Shown piece by piece: positions 27,411 through 36,904 of a stretch of 64,000 nucleotides of DNA; positions within the stretch are counted from its first letter, which is position 1; the number at the start of each line of letters is the position of its first letter. The translations under genes and the position numbers were made by a program. The stretch covers positions 936,008 through 1,000,007 of the forward strand of contig JBFWNU010000001.1 in assembly GCA_050250895.1 (NCBI GenBank), read 5' to 3'. Origin of the DNA: Vulcanimicrobiota bacterium. Its GTDB lineage: Bacteria > Vulcanimicrobiota > Xenobia > Xenobiales > JADMJV01. The notes under the pieces were generated by a model, which was given only the letters and a program-made list of their open reading frames with translations, was not told the DNA's origin and made no database searches.

Positions 27411-29267
27411 CTAGGCCTTCCAGTAGACGAGTTCGACCTGAATCCGCTTGTCGGGAAGCGATTTCACGAAAGCATCCAGCAACTTGTCGTTGTAAATGAA
27501 CTCGATGGCGTCGCAGTTGTCGAACTCGATGCCGTTGGGTGCACCAGGACCGGACGGAGGGTCTTTCTGCAGGGCTACAATCGAGCCCTCGAAGGTGGCT
27601 CGCTCGGCGTGCACGCCCTCCATCTTGATTCCCTGGCGGGCATAAACCAGGCCTCGGAAATCCCAATCGCTAGCCCCGTTCGGATTTCTGAGAATGACGT
27701 TGTTACCGGCGAAGATCACCAATCCGGGCTCGCTGGCCGGCGACTCGGCAACCACGGCCGAAGTATTCTTAGGTTGGATCCTGACATCGCCCTGACGAGA
27801 GATCAAAGCACCCAGACCGTTGGTGATTCCATCCTCGATATTGATTGTGTCTTTGGCGATAATCGCGGCCCGGTCCGGGGCCCCGCCCGCATAGCCCGGA
27901 TTGTAGCCGAGGTTAAGAGTGGGCGCGGGCGTCTCGGCGGGCGCGCCCGCCTGCGTCTCAGAGGTAATGTGGAACTGCCCGTCCACGTTGATGGTGGCAT
28001 CGGCGTCGGCGTTGAAGGCCTGATTGTTGAGGTCGAAGTTCGCTTTGCCATAAGAGAGAATGCCAGTTTCGAGCAAGGTTACCGGGGTGCCGTAGCCGGT
28101 AACGTCCACCACGTTGACCGCAATGGTGGAGGGAACGAGGTTGAGCGGGTCGGAGCCTCCCGTCGAAGTTGGCACCTGGGTCAGCAGATCGTCGTTATGG
28201 TGGGTGGCCCGCCAGACGCTGGTCGGCGTAGTATCCAAAGGGTCGGCGTAGTACTCCATCACATCCACCCAAACGGTAGCTGTGTTCGAAATCGTACTCG
28301 AGTCATCACTCAACTCGAGGAAATCCATTGAGTCCTGATACTGCGCGGTGTAGGTCACGTCGGCCTGTCGGCGCACGAAGTTATAGCGACCGGGCGGCAT
28401 GGTGATGTCGGTGTGGGTGCTCGAAACCTTGATGTCACCCTCTTCCATATCGTAGATCGAGAAGTGGGCATCGGCCAATGGCACGACTTTACCGTGAGTG
28501 TGGTTGGTGGCGTCGCGCAACTCGTCGACATCGTCGATGGCTTCTGAGGTGACCAGACCCGGGTCGTAAGAGAAGATGTTTTTCTTGGACCAGAGCATGC
28601 CTTTGGTGTCGGGCGAGGTCGAGCCCCCCGGCAGCAAAAACTGACTGTTTTGGGCCGTCAGCACGTTGGGCACGTAGATATCGCCCTCGGCTCGCAGCAT
28701 GTTCCGATTTTCGTCCATACTGCGCATTTCCAGGACGTTAGCTCTGACGTTGAGGTCAGCCCTGGTGAGCACCGACGAGTCGAACAGAGGCGCCACCTGG
28801 ACCAGGAACTCGGCTTGACGACTGGCCTGAGAGCTCGTGCATCGCACTCGACACAGAGCCCGCCCGGAGGTGACCGGGCCGTTCACGTCGGGGTCGGTGC
28901 TGCCCACCAGGTTGTTGAGGACCTCTCCTTCGAACTCCACCTCGAGAGCCGGGATGGTCCCCGTGAAACGATGGCTATTGGGCACCTGGGTGATGGTCAG
29001 ATTGCCGGCAGGATCGGAGTCGCTGCCAGCCCCGAAGAGCTCGGCTCCCCAATCGCGCTCGTGCTCGAGGCGGTAACAGATATAGTTGTAGACAGCGTCG
29101 CAACCGGCCGCGGCCGACTCGCTGGCGGCACTGCTACGGGTCAGGGAGTAGTGACTTCGGTAAACTTCAAAGAGGGCCCCCACCAGCAGGGTCAGCACCG
29201 CCACCATCATCATGGTGACGGCCAGGGCGATCCCTCGCGAGGGTTTGGGACGTGACTGCTTGGCCAT
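27411..29267 (-). CDS. PilX-like large minor pilin/pilus assembly protein
   Basis: SRG^IALAVTMMMVAVLTLLVGAL class III signal without Glu5. Confidence 0.75.
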   Translation of the reverse strand: MAKQSRPKPSRGIALAVTMMMVAVLTLLVGALFEVYRSHYSLTRSSAASESAAAGCDAVYNYICYRLEHERDWGAELFGAGSDSDPAGNLTITQVPNSHRFTGTIPALEVEFEGEVLNNLVGSTDPDVNGPVTSGRALCRVRCTSSQASRQAEFLVQVAPLFDSSVLTRADLNVRANVLEMRSMDENRNMLRAEGDIYVPNVLTAQNSQFLLPGGSTSPDTKGMLWSKKNIFSYDPGLVTSEAIDDVDELRDATNHTHGKVVPLADAHFSIYDMEEGDIKVSSTHTDITMPPGRYNFVRRQADVTYTAQYQDSMDFLELSDDSSTISNTATVWVDVMEYYADPLDTTPTSVWRATHHNDDLLTQVPTSTGGSDPLNLVPSTIAVNVVDVTGYGTPVTLLETGILSYGKANFDLNNQAFNADADATINVDGQFHITSETQAGAPAETPAPTLNLGYNPGYAGGAPDRAAIIAKDTINIEDGITNGLGALISRQGDVRIQPKNTSAVVAESPASEPGLVIFAGNNVILRNPNGASDWDFRGLVYARQGIKMEGVHAERATFEGSIVALQKDPPSGPGAPNGIEFDNCDAIEFIYNDKLLDAFVKSLPDKRIQVELVYWKA

Positions 29268-29303
29268 TTCTCAAGTATAGCAGCTCAACGATGCGTATGC
29301 CAC

Positions 29304-29969
29304 TTAAATGGCGGGCCAGGTGTTGCGGGGGCGAAAGGTCATCGTCACCTCCAGCGTATCCTCTACCTGGGTGTTGGAGAGGGCCCGCTTGAGACCGGCC
29401 CGATAGAGACGCGCGCGGACTCGCACACTACCATTCTGCAAGCGCGGGATGACCTCAAAATCGAGCACATTGTGAGACAAGATCCGCGAGCCGAGCACGC
29501 TTGCGTTGGCCAGGGGATCGATGTCGTTCATGTTGGTGCCGAGATTGGGATAACCCGTCGCGATCGGGACCGATGGAGGTTGAATGACCTGACGCACCAG
29601 CCGGCCGGGCTGTTCCTGGGTGGCGTACCATACCACGTAGCGATTCCAACGTGGTCGTTCGCTGGCGCCGTCAAAATTGAGATTGTTGCTCCAGTCATCG
29701 AGGGTGACCAGCGAAAGACCATCACGCTGGCCTTGAGCGGTGGGACGCGATACCGAGCCCACCTGCCAGAAGCTGGTGCCTTCGAGATCGCGCTGTAGCA
29801 GCACTTTGATGGCTCGCAGCTCCGTTTCGGCCGACTGACGGGTCGAGGTCTCGTAGAAACAACGAGTGGCCATGACAAACGAGCCGAAGACCAGACTCAA
29901 GAGCAGGGTCAGCACCGCCATTGCAGCCAGCAACTCTAGCAAACTAAAGCCGGACTTACGTCTGGACAT
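29304..29969 (-). CDS. Prepilin-type N-methylation protein (PilW/PulJ-like)
   Basis: RRKSG^FSLLELLAAMAVL. Confidence 0.85.
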   Translation of the reverse strand: MSRRKSGFSLLELLAAMAVLTLLLSLVFGSFVMATRCFYETSTRQSAETELRAIKVLLQRDLEGTSFWQVGSVSRPTAQGQRDGLSLVTLDDWSNNLNFDGASERPRWNRYVVWYATQEQPGRLVRQVIQPPSVPIATGYPNLGTNMNDIDPLANASVLGSRILSHNVLDFEVIPRLQNGSVRVRARLYRAGLKRALSNTQVEDTLEVTMTFRPRNTWPAI

Positions 29970-30390
29970 AAACCATCCGCGTCATGTTGAGTGTTTTCGT
30001 GCCCCGCTCTGCCCCACCACCCTGGCCAGCCGCCTCACTCCACCACATGCGGACATGAACCTGCCAAACCTTGCCCATCTCGAGATCGGGCGTCGCCTCG
30101 CGCACCAGTTCGGCCGTGACTTCATAATGGAAATCCACTGGCTGGCCTTGTTGGCCGACGCGAGATTGCCTCACCATGACGCCGGTACCACCCCAATTGG
30201 GAGGCCCGGCCAATACGGCTTCTTGAATCACGCCTTCGGCCAACATGCGGGCCACGGTCTGGCTGGAGGAATAGCTCTGAACGCTCAAGGCCCGAGTCAA
30301 AGCGGCGATCAGCCCCAATCCGGCAATAGCCAGGATCGTGAGAGCCAAGAAGACCTCGATTAAAGACATCCCCGCGTTCTTGCGAACCAC
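29956..30390 (-). CDS. Prepilin-type N-methylation protein (PilV/PulI-like)
   Basis: RKNAG^MSLIEVFLALTIL; GTG 7 nt after a TATAAT. Confidence 0.85.
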   Translation of the reverse strand: MVRKNAGMSLIEVFLALTILAIAGLGLIAALTRALSVQSYSSSQTVARMLAEGVIQEAVLAGPPNWGGTGVMVRQSRVGQQGQPVDFHYEVTAELVREATPDLEMGKVWQVHVRMWWSEAAGQGGGAERGTKTLNMTRMVYVQT

Positions 30391-30457
30391 CCGGACATTA
30401 TAGCACAGACCCCCTACCCTGGCAGGGCACCCCGAGGTTTGGGCCAAACCAGAGAGA

Positions 30458-30745
30458 GTGGCTTCCCGATGGTGGCTATACATGGTACGCTGCGCCGACA
30501 ACGCCCTCTATACCGGAATCAGCACCGACGTGGACGAGCGACTCCGCCAACACCAAGAGGGCGAACGCGGAGCCAAGTTTCTCAGAGGGCGCGGCCCTTT
30601 GCAACTTGCCTTTAGCGCCCCGCTGGGTGATCGCTCGCTGGCCTCGCGGGCCGAGTATCTGGTGAAGCGCCTTTCTAAAGCCTCCAAAGAACGGCTGGTG
30701 GAAGGCAGTCTCAAGCTCGAACAGGTGCTTACCGAGGGGCCTTAG
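30458..30745 (+). CDS. GIY-YIG nuclease (YazA/YhbQ-like)
   Basis: [37 protein letters not shown]. Confidence 0.92.
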   Translation: MASRWWLYMVRCADNALYTGISTDVDERLRQHQEGERGAKFLRGRGPLQLAFSAPLGDRSLASRAEYLVKRLSKASKERLVEGSLKLEQVLTEGP

Positions 30746-30781
30746 AGCAGGAGAAACCGTCCCCTCGGGAAACCGCCCACG

Positions 30782-32188
30782 ATGCCCGCGGACTACTCTC
30801 GCGAGACGCTTTACCAGGTCGTCCTCGACCGCTTTTCAGGCTCTGAGGGCGCCTTGAACCTGCCGGACCCTCGGCGCCAGGCCAGGGCCTGGCGTCGCCG
30901 CTGCGGTGGAACGCTAGCCGGGCTCACCAGCCGGCTCGACTACATCAAAGAGTTGGGAGCCAGCCTGATCTGGATCTCGCCACTGGTGACCAACGCCGAC
31001 CTACCCCGTTGGGACGGCTTTCATGGCTACTGGGCCCTGGACTTCACCCGCCAGGACCAGCGCTGGGGGCCCCCCGAGCACCTCGACGAGTTGCTGGCCA
31101 AGTCCAAGGCCAGAGGACTGGGTGTGGTGCTCGATGTGGTGGTCAACCATACCAACCCCATCGACTCCAAGCACGCCGGAGCACTCTTTGTCGGTGACCG
31201 CAAGATCGCCGACTATGGCAACGACCCCGAGGGAATCTTTCACCACAACGGTTTTCTCGATCTGGGTCAAGCCTACGAGCCGACTGCCTGGCAGACCCAA
31301 AACCTGCACGGCCTGGCCGATCTAAACCAGACCAACCCCTGGGTCGACCGCCACCTCAAGCAAGCTTACACCGATTGGCTAGAGCGAGGATTTACCGGCT
31401 TTCGTCTCGATACCGCCCGCCACGTCTGTCCTACCTGGCTCTCGGGGTTCGCCAACCACCTGTGGAAACGTCGGCCCGACGCTTTGCTCTTCGGGGAGTG
31501 GTGGGATGGTGGCGCGGATGTCGAACCAGCCGTGGAATTCGCCCGCGAAACCGGAATGCATCTGACCGATTTCGGCCTGTCGCGCCGTCTCACCGGGGCT
31601 CTGCTGGGTCAGGGCTTCGAGCCGGTGGCCGATTACCTGGCCCTGGACGACCGTCTGCCCGACCCGTTCTCGACCGTCACCTTTCTCGACAATCACGACA
31701 TGCCTCGGTTTCTGAGCCAGGCCCGCTCCCGCGGCTTGTCGGCCGCGCAGGCCCGCGGCCGACTCGAGGCTGGACTGGCCTTGCTCATGTGCCTGCGCGG
31801 AATACCCTGTATCTATTACGGCACCGAGCAATACCTGCATCAATTGACCCGACCGCGCGGGCGGGCCCCGGGGGACGATCCCTACAATCGCGAGCCCATG
31901 GCTGGCTTCTCGCAGCGCACCCCGCTGTTCGAAATGATTTCGCGGTTGGCCCACCTGCGGCGAACCCACCCGGCCTGGGGCCGCCACGCCTCGGAAGTAC
32001 TGTCGGTGGGACCCGCCCATCTGGTCCTCAAGCGGCACAACCTGGCTATAGGCGTGTGCCTGGCGGGCGACCTCGAATTGGCCTTACCGGCCCCCGTGAA
32101 GGCCACGCTCTGGGGCGCTCCGGCCACGGGCTCGAGCCTGGCACTCGGCGGGAGCGGTTTCGGTGTGTGGGAGTTGGAGAGGAGCTAG
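30782..32188 (+). CDS. GH13 alpha-amylase family glycoside hydrolase
   Basis: HGYWALDF, DVVVNH, GFRLDTARH, FGEW, FLDNHD. Confidence 0.93.
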   Translation: MPADYSRETLYQVVLDRFSGSEGALNLPDPRRQARAWRRRCGGTLAGLTSRLDYIKELGASLIWISPLVTNADLPRWDGFHGYWALDFTRQDQRWGPPEHLDELLAKSKARGLGVVLDVVVNHTNPIDSKHAGALFVGDRKIADYGNDPEGIFHHNGFLDLGQAYEPTAWQTQNLHGLADLNQTNPWVDRHLKQAYTDWLERGFTGFRLDTARHVCPTWLSGFANHLWKRRPDALLFGEWWDGGADVEPAVEFARETGMHLTDFGLSRRLTGALLGQGFEPVADYLALDDRLPDPFSTVTFLDNHDMPRFLSQARSRGLSAAQARGRLEAGLALLMCLRGIPCIYYGTEQYLHQLTRPRGRAPGDDPYNREPMAGFSQRTPLFEMISRLAHLRRTHPAWGRHASEVLSVGPAHLVLKRHNLAIGVCLAGDLELALPAPVKATLWGAPATGSSLALGGSGFGVWELERS

Positions 32189-32215
32189 CCCACCGGTGAG
32201 GGAAACGACCTATTC

Positions 32216-32527
32216 ATGGCCCTGTTAATCGAACAAGAGGTAGAAGATGGCGTCGTCGTCCTGCGGCTGCGCGGCGACCTTGATGTCCACACCAAGGAAG
32301 AATTACAGGCCCGGTTGGAAGAGCTACTCGACCAGGGGGCCGAGACCATTCGCCTGGACCTGACCGATGTCGACTATATCGGCTCGGTGGCCATCGCCGT
32401 TATGGTGGGCGTTTCCAAGCGTCTGGTTCGCAAGGGCGGGCGGCTACTGGTGCGCCCGGGTTCGAAGGAGACCCGGCGTCACTTCGGCCTGCTCAATCTC
32501 GACACCCTGCTGGACATCGAAGGATGA
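32216..32527 (+). CDS. STAS anti-sigma-factor antagonist
   Basis: LRGDLD, DLTDVDYIGSVAI. Confidence 0.9.
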   Translation: MALLIEQEVEDGVVVLRLRGDLDVHTKEELQARLEELLDQGAETIRLDLTDVDYIGSVAIAVMVGVSKRLVRKGGRLLVRPGSKETRRHFGLLNLDTLLDIEG

Positions 32528-33276
32528 AGCGGTCGCGCGGGTCTTCCCTCATCTGGGTGGCCGCCTTTGTCGGCGGCCTGGCCGTGATCGCGCTGATCCT
32601 TTATGCCGTGAGAGTAGGCCAGGGCGGCCAGCCGACCGGGCCTGACCCATTGCCCATTCCAGGCCCCGACCAACCCGCCATACCCGATGGCCCGGTCGAG
32701 GCGCCTGCGAGCGCCAAGCCGCGACGCCGAGTCGCCTGGGTGACCGACGACAACGTTCCCGCCCGAGCCAAGCCCGGACTCAATATGCAAGAGGTGAAGA
32801 GGTTCACCAAATGGGAAGAGGTCTACTGGATCGAAGACTCGAGCAACTGGGACCACGTGGCGCTTGAAGACGGCCAGGAGGTCTGGCTGGAGAGTCGGTT
32901 TCTGTCCTTCGCCCGGCCGGCCAATCTCAACGCCCCCTCCAAAGCCGAGGAATTGGTGATGAGCTTCTACGCCGGGGTCGCTCGCAAAGACTACACGGGC
33001 GCCTACGAATTTCTCTCGCCCGACTGGCGGCGCGAACTGACCTTCGCCCAATTTGTGGACGGCTACTCGCACACCCTGAGCCTGCGTAGCGAGATCGTCA
33101 ACGTGGTTGAACTGGGCGAGGACCGATTTCAGGTCGACGTCTCGATGATGGCCGATGAAGATGGCAAGGACGTCCCGTATCTAGGCATCTACACGGTGGA
33201 ACGGGTGGGCGAGCGCTGGATGTTGACCTCGGGGCGACTCAAACGCCAGCCCGCCCCGATGGAAAAGACGTTCTGA
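32524..33276 (+). CDS. Membrane-anchored protein with bacterial SH3-like domain
   Basis: N-terminal TM, Pro linker, NVPARAKPG...WDHVALEDGQEVWL. Confidence 0.65.
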   Translation: MKRSRGSSLIWVAAFVGGLAVIALILYAVRVGQGGQPTGPDPLPIPGPDQPAIPDGPVEAPASAKPRRRVAWVTDDNVPARAKPGLNMQEVKRFTKWEEVYWIEDSSNWDHVALEDGQEVWLESRFLSFARPANLNAPSKAEELVMSFYAGVARKDYTGAYEFLSPDWRRELTFAQFVDGYSHTLSLRSEIVNVVELGEDRFQVDVSMMADEDGKDVPYLGIYTVERVGERWMLTSGRLKRQPAPMEKTF

Positions 33277-33277
33277 G

Positions 33278-34123
33278 CTAGCTTCTGCGCTCGGCCACTT
33301 CGCGCAAGAAGCGGCGACGATACGAATAGAAAGCCGTCAGACCGACATCGTTGACCAGGGCCCGATTCACCCCCGCGCCGACCAGGGCTCCCACTACAGC
33401 CATCGACTGAGCGACCTTTCTGCGAGCCAGGTTGGCGGTCAACTTACGGGCTAACGCCTGCAGGCCCTTGGCCAGCGCGGCTCGCTCGAGATCCTGGATG
33501 GGCAAGCCTCGGCGAATCAACACCTGCAGGGACTCGATTTCGAGCATCCCCCTTCGCTTCTTGTCGCTCTCGAGGTGGTGACCAACATCGACTACCTTCA
33601 GGATATGGGCGACCTCTTCCGGCGTGTCGATAGGAAAGCCATAGCAGATGGCCATCGATTGCACCGTGCGAAAAATCAGCCAGTACAGGGCCGGCACGTC
33701 GACCACCAGACCGGCCAGGCCGGCCAGACCGGTAGCCCCACCCTCGAACGCGGCCGCCCGCCGGCCAGCGTGCAAGAACTCCAGAGCTATCCGATCCAGG
33801 CAGCGAACATCGTGCTGGAAAAGCTGGTCTAAGCAGGTTACGTCGCGGCCGACCTCAGCGCTGATGCGGTCGAAGGTCTCCTGGGGTCGCACCGAGTTTC
33901 CTGAACTCTGGCGCACGGCCTCGAGCACACCATAGATCTTGCGATTGATGGCCTCCCGAATCGGTTCGGGCACCCGACGATAGGCAAAGTCGATGGGCTT
34001 GCCGATGATAGCCAGACTGCGGGCCAACAGACCCGGTGGCTCCAGCAGCCAGGCCTCGGTCTCTTTGAGAACCTCTCGCTCGTCGTCGGTGAGGCGGCCG
34101 ACCCACAGGCGGCCGGTGTGCAA
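33278..34123 (-). CDS. EcsC family protein
   Basis: EGGATGLAGLAGLVVDVPAL...AICYGF; VGALVGAGVN. Confidence 0.85.
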   Translation of the reverse strand: MHTGRLWVGRLTDDEREVLKETEAWLLEPPGLLARSLAIIGKPIDFAYRRVPEPIREAINRKIYGVLEAVRQSSGNSVRPQETFDRISAEVGRDVTCLDQLFQHDVRCLDRIALEFLHAGRRAAAFEGGATGLAGLAGLVVDVPALYWLIFRTVQSMAICYGFPIDTPEEVAHILKVVDVGHHLESDKKRRGMLEIESLQVLIRRGLPIQDLERAALAKGLQALARKLTANLARRKVAQSMAVVGALVGAGVNRALVNDVGLTAFYSYRRRFLREVAERRS

Positions 34124-34127
34124 GGCG

Positions 34128-34553
34128 CTACCTCAAGCTTCCTTCCAGGACCGGGGCCATTCCTTCGGTGCTCTCTTCGCCGTTGGGCTGGTGATAGAGG
34201 ACGATCTTGTCCCACTTGCCGTCTACCGGTTCGGTCAGCCGAGCGCCAAACTTGACTTCCCCCACTCCGCTGGAGCGGGTGACGGGCTTTTCGCCGACAG
34301 GCTCTTTCTCGTCGCCGGTGACGAAATAGACCGAATAGAATTGGTCCTTGTCGAGCCGATTGGCCCCCAGGTTGAACTGGTCCTCGGTAATCCGCACCCA
34401 GCCGTAGGTCTTCGAGGCCTCATCAAGAGGCTTCATCGACACCTTGAGGGTGTTATCGCCGGCGTCTTCCTCACCGCCCCCTCCCCCCAGTGCCAGCACG
34501 CCGAGACTGCTGAGGGCCATCAAAATCACGGTGAATAAAAGTAATCGCTTCAT
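34128..34553 (-). CDS. Hypothetical secreted protein
   Basis: GGAGG RBS; signal peptide MKRLLLFTVILMALSSLGVLA. Confidence 0.75.
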   Translation of the reverse strand: MKRLLLFTVILMALSSLGVLALGGGGGEEDAGDNTLKVSMKPLDEASKTYGWVRITEDQFNLGANRLDKDQFYSVYFVTGDEKEPVGEKPVTRSSGVGEVKFGARLTEPVDGKWDKIVLYHQPNGEESTEGMAPVLEGSLR

Positions 34554-34640
34554 TGCAATTCCTCCATAAACGATGGTAGCCCCTTTTTCCACGCCGACCC
34601 TGAGGACCTTCGAGAAAAAACCGCGAAGTTTGAACCGAAA

Positions 34641-35207
34641 ATGAGCGATCCCCGTAGCAACGAGAGTGACGAAAATTTGATGGCTGAAGTCGTGGCCGGC
34701 AAACTGGCCGCTCTGGAACCGCTCATCGAGCGCTATCAGAACCAGCTCTTCGCCTATGCCGCTCGCGTATTAAACGATCGCGAAAAGGCCGCCGATGTCT
34801 TCCAGGAAACCTTCTTGCGAGTCTTTCAAAAACGTCACACCTACCGCCTGGGAGCGCCCTTTCGGCCCTGGCTCTATCGCATCTGCCTCAATCTCTGCCG
34901 AGACGAGTTTCGCCGCCAGAAGCGGGGCGCGTCGGTGGATCTCGAAGCGCGACAAGAGGTGCGCGACCCGGGCCCCGGACCAGCCGAACGGACCTTTCGA
35001 CAGGACCTATCCCAGCAGGTGCGCTCGGCCGTGATGGGGTTGCCCGAGAAACAACAAAAGGTATTCCTGCTGGTTCATTACCAGGGCCTGAGCTATCCCG
35101 AGGTGGCCGAGGTCCTCGAGATCCCGGTCGGGACGGTGAAGTCGAGAATGTTCCACGCCTCCAAGCGGTTGGCCGAAGAACTCCAGGAATTGAGAGCAGA
35201 GATTTGA
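34641..35207 (+). CDS. ECF sigma-70 factor
   Basis: DVFQETFLRV, WLYRICLNLCRD, LSYPEVAEVLEIPVGTVKSR. Confidence 0.95.
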   Translation: MSDPRSNESDENLMAEVVAGKLAALEPLIERYQNQLFAYAARVLNDREKAADVFQETFLRVFQKRHTYRLGAPFRPWLYRICLNLCRDEFRRQKRGASVDLEARQEVRDPGPGPAERTFRQDLSQQVRSAVMGLPEKQQKVFLLVHYQGLSYPEVAEVLEIPVGTVKSRMFHASKRLAEELQELRAEI

Positions 35208-35776
35208 TGAACGACGAACTCCAACCCTTTGAAGAAACGCTCAGGCTGGCCGACGCCTGGCAGCCAGAAGCGCCCCCCGCCGACCTGGCCGCCAGGACCA
35301 TGGCCGGCATCCGCCAGGCGGCTGACGAGAAGCCCCCGGCGGTCTCGTTCATCGACCGCTGGGCCGGCTGGGTCAAGACCTGGTTTGAGGGCCCCAATCG
35401 TCGCTGGGCTTTTGCCTTTGCTACCGTGCTGCTGGTCTGCGTCTTCGCGGGCCGGGTCGTATCTCCCAATCTCCAACGCTATCATGCTCAGGGAGAGCTG
35501 GCCGGATGCCGCGCCAACCTCGAACATCTGGCTCAAGCCCTGGAGGCCTTTCATCGGGACCGAGGCTACTATCCGGCCAGCCTGGATGAACTGATGGACG
35601 GCTATCTCAAAGCCGTGCCGGATTGTCCGGCGGCGGGGCTAGAAACCTACCGCGCAGGCTATCACCGCGAAAGCGAGGGCTTTGTGCTAGCCTGCCACGG
35701 ACATCACCACGGCAACAGCCAGCTCGCTCCGAACTTTCCTCAGTATTCCTCTAAGCTAGGCTCGAGCCCCAGATAG
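35204..35776 (+). CDS. Putative anti-sigma factor with extracytoplasmic pilin/GspG-like domain
   Basis: Coupled to the ECF gene; one TM; CRANLEHLAQALEAFHRDRGYYPASLDELMDGYLKAVPDCP. Confidence 0.7.
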   Translation: MMNDELQPFEETLRLADAWQPEAPPADLAARTMAGIRQAADEKPPAVSFIDRWAGWVKTWFEGPNRRWAFAFATVLLVCVFAGRVVSPNLQRYHAQGELAGCRANLEHLAQALEAFHRDRGYYPASLDELMDGYLKAVPDCPAAGLETYRAGYHRESEGFVLACHGHHHGNSQLAPNFPQYSSKLGSSPR

Positions 35777-36165
35777 TCTTCCGAGCCCTCGAGTAGAGTC
35801 AGCAGGTCTCCCCGGACTTCGACCAACTCGGCCCAACGGTCATGGGCCTTGCGAGCCAACTCGAGGGCCTCGGTCGCCAGCTCCTCGGCGCCTTCCTCGG
35901 CGTAGTCACGCAGGCGCTCGGACACATCCGAAAACATGTGGATGCCTTCCACCGCCTCTCCCAGTGTCTCCATGTCCTCTTCCACCTCGAGCCCTTCGGG
36001 CTCGGCGGCCACTCCTTCATAAAGAACCTGGAGCCGCTCGTCATACTCGTCGAGCGCCCGAATAAATCCTTCCTCATCGAGGTCGCCCGCGCGATAGCGT
36101 TCCAGCAGGATGCGCACGTCGTGGTATGGGCTCTGCAACTGATCTTCGACTGTTCTTACAAACAT
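35740..36165 (-). CDS. Hypothetical acidic helical protein
   Basis: GGAGG RBS before ATG 36165; Glu-rich. Confidence 0.7.
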   Translation of the reverse strand: MFVRTVEDQLQSPYHDVRILLERYRAGDLDEEGFIRALDEYDERLQVLYEGVAAEPEGLEVEEDMETLGEAVEGIHMFSDVSERLRDYAEEGAEELATEALELARKAHDRWAELVEVRGDLLTLLEGSEDYLGLEPSLEEY

Positions 36166-36247
36166 TTTGCCTCCCGAACGGGCCCGCCGTTCGCTGGTCA
36201 AAATCGGATTCCTGTGTGGCCTCACAAAGAAGGGAAGGAGCGCTTGC

Positions 36248-36451
36248 ATGGCTAACCGCCTTTGGGCAACAGCCCTGCTGTGCATTGGAGGAATGATGTA
36301 TCTAGCCTATGGACCCGTCGGTGGCATCGACCCCACGGTAGCCGTTTTTTGGGTCGTGACCTGGACCATCGTGCTCGGTGGCTCGATCTACGCCTCGCTT
36401 GTATTCTTCAAGCCCTGGCCTGATCTCGATGAGCCGGCCGACAAACACTAA
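36248..36451 (+). CDS. Small two-TM membrane protein
   Basis: Two hydrophobic segments; followed by a hairpin and T-run. Confidence 0.6.
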   Translation: MANRLWATALLCIGGMMYLAYGPVGGIDPTVAVFWVVTWTIVLGGSIYASLVFFKPWPDLDEPADKH

Positions 36452-36463
36452 ACCCCGCTGAGA

Positions 36464-36484
36464 GGGCCCTGAGGGGCCTTTTTC
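36464..36484 (+). terminator. Weak intrinsic terminator candidate
   Basis: GGCCC-TGAG-GGGCC followed by TTTTT. Confidence 0.4.
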
Positions 36485-36490
36485 AACCCT

Positions 36491-36904
36491 ATGGTTTCCG
36501 GTATCGATCATATCGCCATCGCGGTCGAAAGCCTGGCCGAGGCGGTCCCTTTCTATCGCGATCAGCTGGGCCTGCCGCTCAAGACCGTCGAAGAGGTCCC
36601 CGAGCAGAAGGTCAAGGTCGCCATCTTCACCCTCGGTGCCAGCCGCATCGAACTCTTAGAGCCGACCGCCGAGGATTCGCCCATCTCGAAGTTTCTCGCC
36701 AAACGGGGGCCCGGGCTGCACCACCTGGCCTTGCGCAGCACCGCCGTAGCCGACGATCTGCACCGCCTGGACGAGGCCGGTGCCCGCCTGATCGACAAGA
36801 GCCCCCGCGACGGAGCCGACGGCATGCGCATCGCCTTTGTCCATCCCGAAGCCACCGCCGGGGTGCTGCTGGAGTTGACTCAGCCTGCCGACCATGTGGA
36901 CTGA
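36491..36904 (+). CDS. mce: Methylmalonyl-CoA epimerase
   Basis: IDHIAIAV, IELLEP, GPGLHHLA, AFVHP..GVLLEL; adjacent to the mutase. Confidence 0.95.
   Translation: MVSGIDHIAIAVESLAEAVPFYRDQLGLPLKTVEEVPEQKVKVAIFTLGASRIELLEPTAEDSPISKFLAKRGPGLHHLALRSTAVADDLHRLDEAGARLIDKSPRDGADGMRIAFVHPEATAGVLLELTQPADHVD

Noticed and set aside
30458-30745. GIY-YIG as a homing endonuclease or mobile element
   Set aside because: A 95-aa stand-alone YazA/YhbQ type, common chromosomal gene; no intron or element ends
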